DNA of 64,000 bases from Ostreococcus lucimarinus (Eukaryota), in NCBI GenBank assembly GCA_000092065.1, contig CP000585.1; one strand, written 5' to 3'. The notes beneath the pieces were generated by a model. That model made no database searches. It was not told the origin of the DNA and saw only the letters and a program-made list of their open reading frames with translations. The stretch's first letter is position 1; each line of letters begins with the position of its first letter. Below are positions 60,236-64,000 of this stretch, piece by piece. The translations under genes and the position numbers were made by a program.

Positions 60236-61792
60236 ATGGTTTTCACCCTGACCGCCGCCCAGCGAGAAGATCTCGTCGCGCGCGTGGATGCGTCGCTGAG
60301 CGCGATTGGATTCCATTGTCACGGAAAGACGGATCAATTAAACGCTCGAGCGAAGGCCGAGGAGATCGAACAGCGCGCGTTCAGCGCCGCGGACGTGTCT
60401 TCGAGCACGACGAGTGGGGACAGACCTCTGATCGAAGTCATGCGCTTGTACGTCAAGAAGGCGGCTGAGCTCATGAAGGAAGTCGTCGAATCTGGAGCGC
60501 AGGAAGGCGACGGCGACGCCGCTGGTGACGTGGAGATGGATGGTGATGAATTCGACGTCGGTAAAACGAGTAAGGATCGGGAATTCTACACCCAACAGCG
60601 CGCGGAACAAGTGTTGGCGCCGTTGTTGAATAAAGGCGCTTCGTACTCCAAGGTTCGACTGAGCACGAAGAGTTTCGGTATCGATGCCGCCAAGGTGGCG
60701 AGCCGAGCTTTTGTGAATTTGGCGTCAACGTTGAAGGAAGTGGACTTAAGCGACACCATCGCGGGGCGTCCCGAAGTCGAAGCATTGAAGGCAATGGAAA
60801 TTTTCAGCGAGGGCTTGCTCGCGGCCAAGTTGACGTCGGTGGATTTGAGCGATAACGCGTTTGGTGAAAAGGGTGTTCGTGCGTGCACGAAGCTTCTTCA
60901 AGGACAAACCGAGTTGACTTCTATCGCGTTTTTGAACAACGGAATCTCTGAACAGGCTGCGCGTGCCATTCTTGAACTGCTTGCGTGCCCAGAAAAGCTC
61001 ACTCGTTTCCATTTAGACAAGAACATGACGGGCAACGAAGGCACCGTGCACATCGCCGCCATCGTCGCGAAAGCGACAGGTATGAAGGATTTCAAGATGG
61101 CGGGTTCTCGTTTCTTCTGCGAGGGCGCGATTATGCTTGCTGAGGCGCTTTCGCACGGGAATTCTCTGGAGAGACTCGACTTGAACGATAACAACGTCAA
61201 CGAGGAGGGCGCAGAAGCGCTCGTCAAAGTGTTGCCAAAGCATCCGAACCTTCAGTTCTTGAACCTCGAAGCGACGGCATTAGGACCGGACATGGGTGGA
61301 ACTCTTCTCATGGCCGTAGCCAAGGGTTGCCCGAAGCTCGAAGTTCTCCACGTTAGCAGTAATGACTTTGAGCGAGAAGGCGCAGAAGCCGTCGCCCACG
61401 CCATCGCAGAGATGAAAAACCTCAAGGTTTTGACAATCGGTGATAACATACTTGGTGACTATGGGTTTACGCAAGTGTGCATGGCTTTGAGTCAATCGAA
61501 CGCGCCTCTCGTGAGACTCGATGCGAGCTGCAACGAACTCCAAAAGTCAGGCGCCATCGCGGCGGCGCAACTCGCGGCGAGCAAGCCAGGATTTGAGCAT
61601 CTCAACCTCGACGGTAACATGATTCCTGAAGACACCGTGGAAGAAATTCGCGCTATTTTGTCGGCGGCCGGTATCGAACACGCACTCGCACCGATGGAAG
61701 ATAACGATCCCGAGGGTGAGGCGGATGATGAAGAAGCGGGCGCCGATATTGGAGATATGCTCTCTACTCTTGCCTCGCGCTGGAAGCTCTAA
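60236..61792 (+). CDS. Ran GTPase-activating protein (RanGAP1-like LRR domain plus acidic tail), 518 aa
   Basis: LRR/RNI-type repeats with LTSVDLSDNAFGEKGV (compare RanGAP1 LVELDLSDNAFGPDGV), ERLDLNDNNVNEEGAEAL, and an acidic C-terminal DDEEAGADIGD. Confidence 0.7.
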   Translation: MVFTLTAAQREDLVARVDASLSAIGFHCHGKTDQLNARAKAEEIEQRAFSAADVSSSTTSGDRPLIEVMRLYVKKAAELMKEVVESGAQEGDGDAAGDVEMDGDEFDVGKTSKDREFYTQQRAEQVLAPLLNKGASYSKVRLSTKSFGIDAAKVASRAFVNLASTLKEVDLSDTIAGRPEVEALKAMEIFSEGLLAAKLTSVDLSDNAFGEKGVRACTKLLQGQTELTSIAFLNNGISEQAARAILELLACPEKLTRFHLDKNMTGNEGTVHIAAIVAKATGMKDFKMAGSRFFCEGAIMLAEALSHGNSLERLDLNDNNVNEEGAEALVKVLPKHPNLQFLNLEATALGPDMGGTLLMAVAKGCPKLEVLHVSSNDFEREGAEAVAHAIAEMKNLKVLTIGDNILGDYGFTQVCMALSQSNAPLVRLDASCNELQKSGAIAAAQLAASKPGFEHLNLDGNMIPEDTVEEIRAILSAAGIEHALAPMEDNDPEGEADDEEAGADIGDMLSTLASRWKL

Positions 61793-61836
61793 ATTTGTCG
61801 TTGTCATGACATTCATCATCTACTAAAAACTCTAAA

Positions 61837-62892
61837 TCATGCAGCTGTACTCATCGCATCGTCCTCCATGTACTCAATCAGCGCGTCAGGAACCATAAGG
61901 ACAGGAACATGCGCGTATTGAAGAATGTATTGCGCCGTGCTGCCAATGATGTTCCTCGACAGAACTGCTCGTCGTGTTCGGTTGCCGATGACGAGTAAAT
62001 CAATGGCCTTGCTAGACATGCGCTCGTCCACGTGCTCTAAAACTTTTTCTCGTATGTCACCGGTGAAATCGAGTAGTACGCTGTCGAGTTGATTTTCATC
62101 GTCTAAAAACGTCTTGAGCTCCTCGCGAATCTCCTCCAGCTCTGCAGAGACGCGAGCGAGTGTAGAGGCGTTTTCGTCAGCCGCGCAGTGCACGATTTGC
62201 ACGATATCGGTCTTTCGCATTATTTCTCTCATGACGTAGTGTACGAGCGATTTGACGTGCGCGCCGTCGACTGCGATGCATATCGATCGACCGCAGCCGA
62301 ACTCCTTGCCTTCTTCTCGCAACCCGAGATACGCTGATCCTACGGTGTCCTCGCGCAAATCGGAAACGTCTTTGAACAAGCGCGTGCGTATCAACAACAC
62401 AGGATGAGAATCAATTTTCGCCGTGACATCACTGCTTACAGATCCCATCAAGAATCGAGGAATAATGCTCGGCGTGTGATGCCGCGATCCCAACACGAGC
62501 ATGGCGTGTCTCGGGGCGTCGTATCTCATGTAATCGAGAATGCTTTTTGAGATTCCAATGTTGGTTTGCAGCAGAACGACTTCGTGGTGCGGATACTTGT
62601 TCCGACGCAACGAACGCCAAACGTCGTACGGTAAAAAGCGAGACGAATCTTCCAGGCTGATGTACCTATACGACGTGAGCTCGAGTTTCGCGGGGTCTCG
62701 CACTGTTTCGATGTGCAACAGCGTCAAGTTGATGGAGCTTGGATCGAGAAGAAGCCATTTTTCCAGCCATCTCCAGCACGCCTTGTCGTGAATTTGGTAT
62801 CCAAAATCGAACGCAACGACGACTGTCAACCGAGATTCGTCGAAACCTGCCATTTGAGGCAGTTGGTGCACGGTCAGACGGTCGTCGAGCAT
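61837..62892 (-). CDS. Tandem universal stress protein (UspA) domain protein, 351 aa
   Basis: Two USP-like halves, each ending in a G-x-V-[ST]...PVL[LM][IV] motif (LMGSVSSDVTAKIDSHPVLLI and IGSTAQYILQYAHVPVLMV). Confidence 0.65.
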   Translation of the reverse strand: MLDDRLTVHQLPQMAGFDESRLTVVVAFDFGYQIHDKACWRWLEKWLLLDPSSINLTLLHIETVRDPAKLELTSYRYISLEDSSRFLPYDVWRSLRRNKYPHHEVVLLQTNIGISKSILDYMRYDAPRHAMLVLGSRHHTPSIIPRFLMGSVSSDVTAKIDSHPVLLIRTRLFKDVSDLREDTVGSAYLGLREEGKEFGCGRSICIAVDGAHVKSLVHYVMREIMRKTDIVQIVHCAADENASTLARVSAELEEIREELKTFLDDENQLDSVLLDFTGDIREKVLEHVDERMSSKAIDLLVIGNRTRRAVLSRNIIGSTAQYILQYAHVPVLMVPDALIEYMEDDAMSTAA

Positions 62893-62922
62893 CGCGTTGT
62901 GAAGACGTAAAGCTCGAGCATT

Positions 62923-62925
<3 letters not shown>

Positions 62926-62964
<39 letters not shown>
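62926..62964. repeat. (GTC/GAC)n trinucleotide microsatellite, about 13 units, in the spacer upstream of the USP gene
   Basis: A perfect cgtcgtcgtcgtc... run seen directly. Confidence 0.85.
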
Positions 62965-62965
<1 letters not shown>

Positions 62966-63063
62966 GCTTCAACTCAATCCGCCGCCGCTATGATTATAAC
63001 GAAGCTAATACTAACTGCTAGTGTTATTACTTTTTGTATCAGTCGGCCCTTTCAAGAAACGAA

Positions 63064-63891
63064 TCATGTGCGCTCGAAAAGCTTGACTTTAATTTGCGTG
63101 ATGCGTAGACCCAACGAAACATCCTCGTTTACGTCGACGAGCTTCGGCGCGTCGGATAAATTTCCAGTCGTTTGAAATTTCTTCAAGCCGTCTCGAATGC
63201 GCTTCAAAACGCTTTCATCTGCGTCGGCTGCGTCCAAACAAGCCGTCAGCTCATCCATGCTCAGCGCGTCTAGCTTGTAACCGACGCCGCGCACCGCGTC
63301 TGATTCGGCGCTTCCGCGCCTTTCTTCGTGCGTTTCATCGTCACCGGCACCGTCGCGCGCGCGCGAATCGCTCGGAATCAATATCCAATCTTCTGCAACA
63401 ATTCTTTTCTGCGTCTCGATCAGTTTTTCAATCTCTTCCTCGACCGTTCGTGGCGTCGTTTGCGCCCTCGATTCTTCCCCGTTTCCCGCGTTTCCCGCGA
63501 GCGCCTCCCGCGCGCTCCCGCACGCTCGCGCGAACAACTCTCGCACGTGCGCCCTGAGTTGTCGTCGCGTCATCTCGGCCAATTTCTCCGGTACGTGTAT
63601 ATCTTTCGTTTTGAACGCCATCTCGAACCCTCTCTTCTTCATCGCCATCTCCAGCGCCCGCGGATCGGCGCTCGCGTACGCGCCTCGTCCCTCGCGTTCG
63701 CCCCGCGCGTCCGGCGCCACCCATCGTCGCTTCTCCCCGTCCATCGCCAGCACGTATCTCACCAGCAGCGCTCGCGGAAAGTGTGCGTTCACCCCCACGC
63801 ACCGTCTTCGAGGCATCAGCGCCAGCCTCGCCCCGTGCGTCGTCCCGTCGAGCGCCCACGCGTCGTCGCATCGCCGCAGCGCCCGCTTCAA
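63064..63891 (-). CDS. YlxR/DUF448-family protein (bacterial-type RNA-binding protein associated with the nusA operon), eukaryotic organellar-type, 275 aa
   Basis: LMPRRRCVGVNAHFPRALLVRYVLA...APDARGEREGRGAYASADPRALEMAMKKRGFEMAFK matches the DUF448 core (R-x-C-[IV]-G...L-[IV]-R...GRGAY[IV]...A-KK..F-RAFK). The ORF start is at 63891, but upstream Arg-rich sequence may belong to a longer protein or leader. Confidence 0.5.
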   Translation of the reverse strand: MKRALRRCDDAWALDGTTHGARLALMPRRRCVGVNAHFPRALLVRYVLAMDGEKRRWVAPDARGEREGRGAYASADPRALEMAMKKRGFEMAFKTKDIHVPEKLAEMTRRQLRAHVRELFARACGSAREALAGNAGNGEESRAQTTPRTVEEEIEKLIETQKRIVAEDWILIPSDSRARDGAGDDETHEERRGSAESDAVRGVGYKLDALSMDELTACLDAADADESVLKRIRDGLKKFQTTGNLSDAPKLVDVNEDVSLGLRITQIKVKLFERT

Positions 63892-64000
63892 TCGCTCGCC
63901 CGTCGCGTCGTCGTCGTCCCGCGTCGCCGTCGCCGTCGCCGTCGACGTCGTCGCGACGGCGCGTCGCGCGACCTCACCGCCGCGCGTCGCGCGCGCGATC

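Noticed and set aside
1-64000. Search for a prokaryotic defence/mobile island, rRNA, tRNA or organellar DNA
   Set aside because: Gene content (TAF13, SR protein, kinesin, RanGAP, SNARE, NAT10), GT-AG introns, transit peptides and long disordered regions indicate nuclear eukaryotic DNA. No cloverleaf-like tRNA or rRNA-like conserved segments were recognised in the short spacers.

Overview
This 64-kb window is nuclear DNA from a GC-rich, very gene-dense, intron-poor eukaryote. It carries about 35 protein-coding genes on both strands with short intergenic spacers. I found no rRNA, tRNA, CRISPR array, prokaryotic operon or transposon. Several genes point to a plastid-bearing unicellular alga. These are a stromal-processing-peptidase-like M16 peptidase, phytoene synthase with a transit-peptide-like leader, an RlmN radical-SAM methyltransferase, and a prolyl-4-hydroxylase with a ShK domain. 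The exact taxon cannot be fixed from sequence alone. The six-frame track is full of long Arg/Ala-rich shadow ORFs antisense to real genes and across GC-rich promoters; I did not call these. Recognisable genes include the M16 peptidase, a CBS-pair protein, a COMM-domain protein, a NELF-B-like protein, a WD40 protein, a POT1-like OB-fold protein, MAM33/p32, an MFS transporter, a PHD-finger protein, phytoene synthase, a parvulin and an importin-like HEAT protein. Further genes are an ABCG transporter with an unusual N-terminal ectodomain, a roughly 10-kb locus of giant IPT/TIG-repeat surface proteins, an SRSF2-like SR protein, MutS2-like, cytochrome b5, gamma-glutamylcyclotransferase, FTSJ1/TRM7, NAT10, an OTU protease, a CaMK-like kinase, a kinesin, TAF13, TRM6, a membrin-like SNARE, RanGAP, a tandem universal stress protein and a YlxR/DUF448 protein. 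I found three short canonical GT-AG introns, in FTSJ1, the membrin-like SNARE and a small Lys-rich gene. The most unusual structure is inside the IPT/TIG locus. Two near-identical segments of about 0.75 kb and 0.98 kb are each present twice, and a 449-bp stretch is missing from the downstream copy, which splits the giant gene into two overlapping ORFs. This is either a very recent intragenic duplication with deletion, or an assembly collapse.
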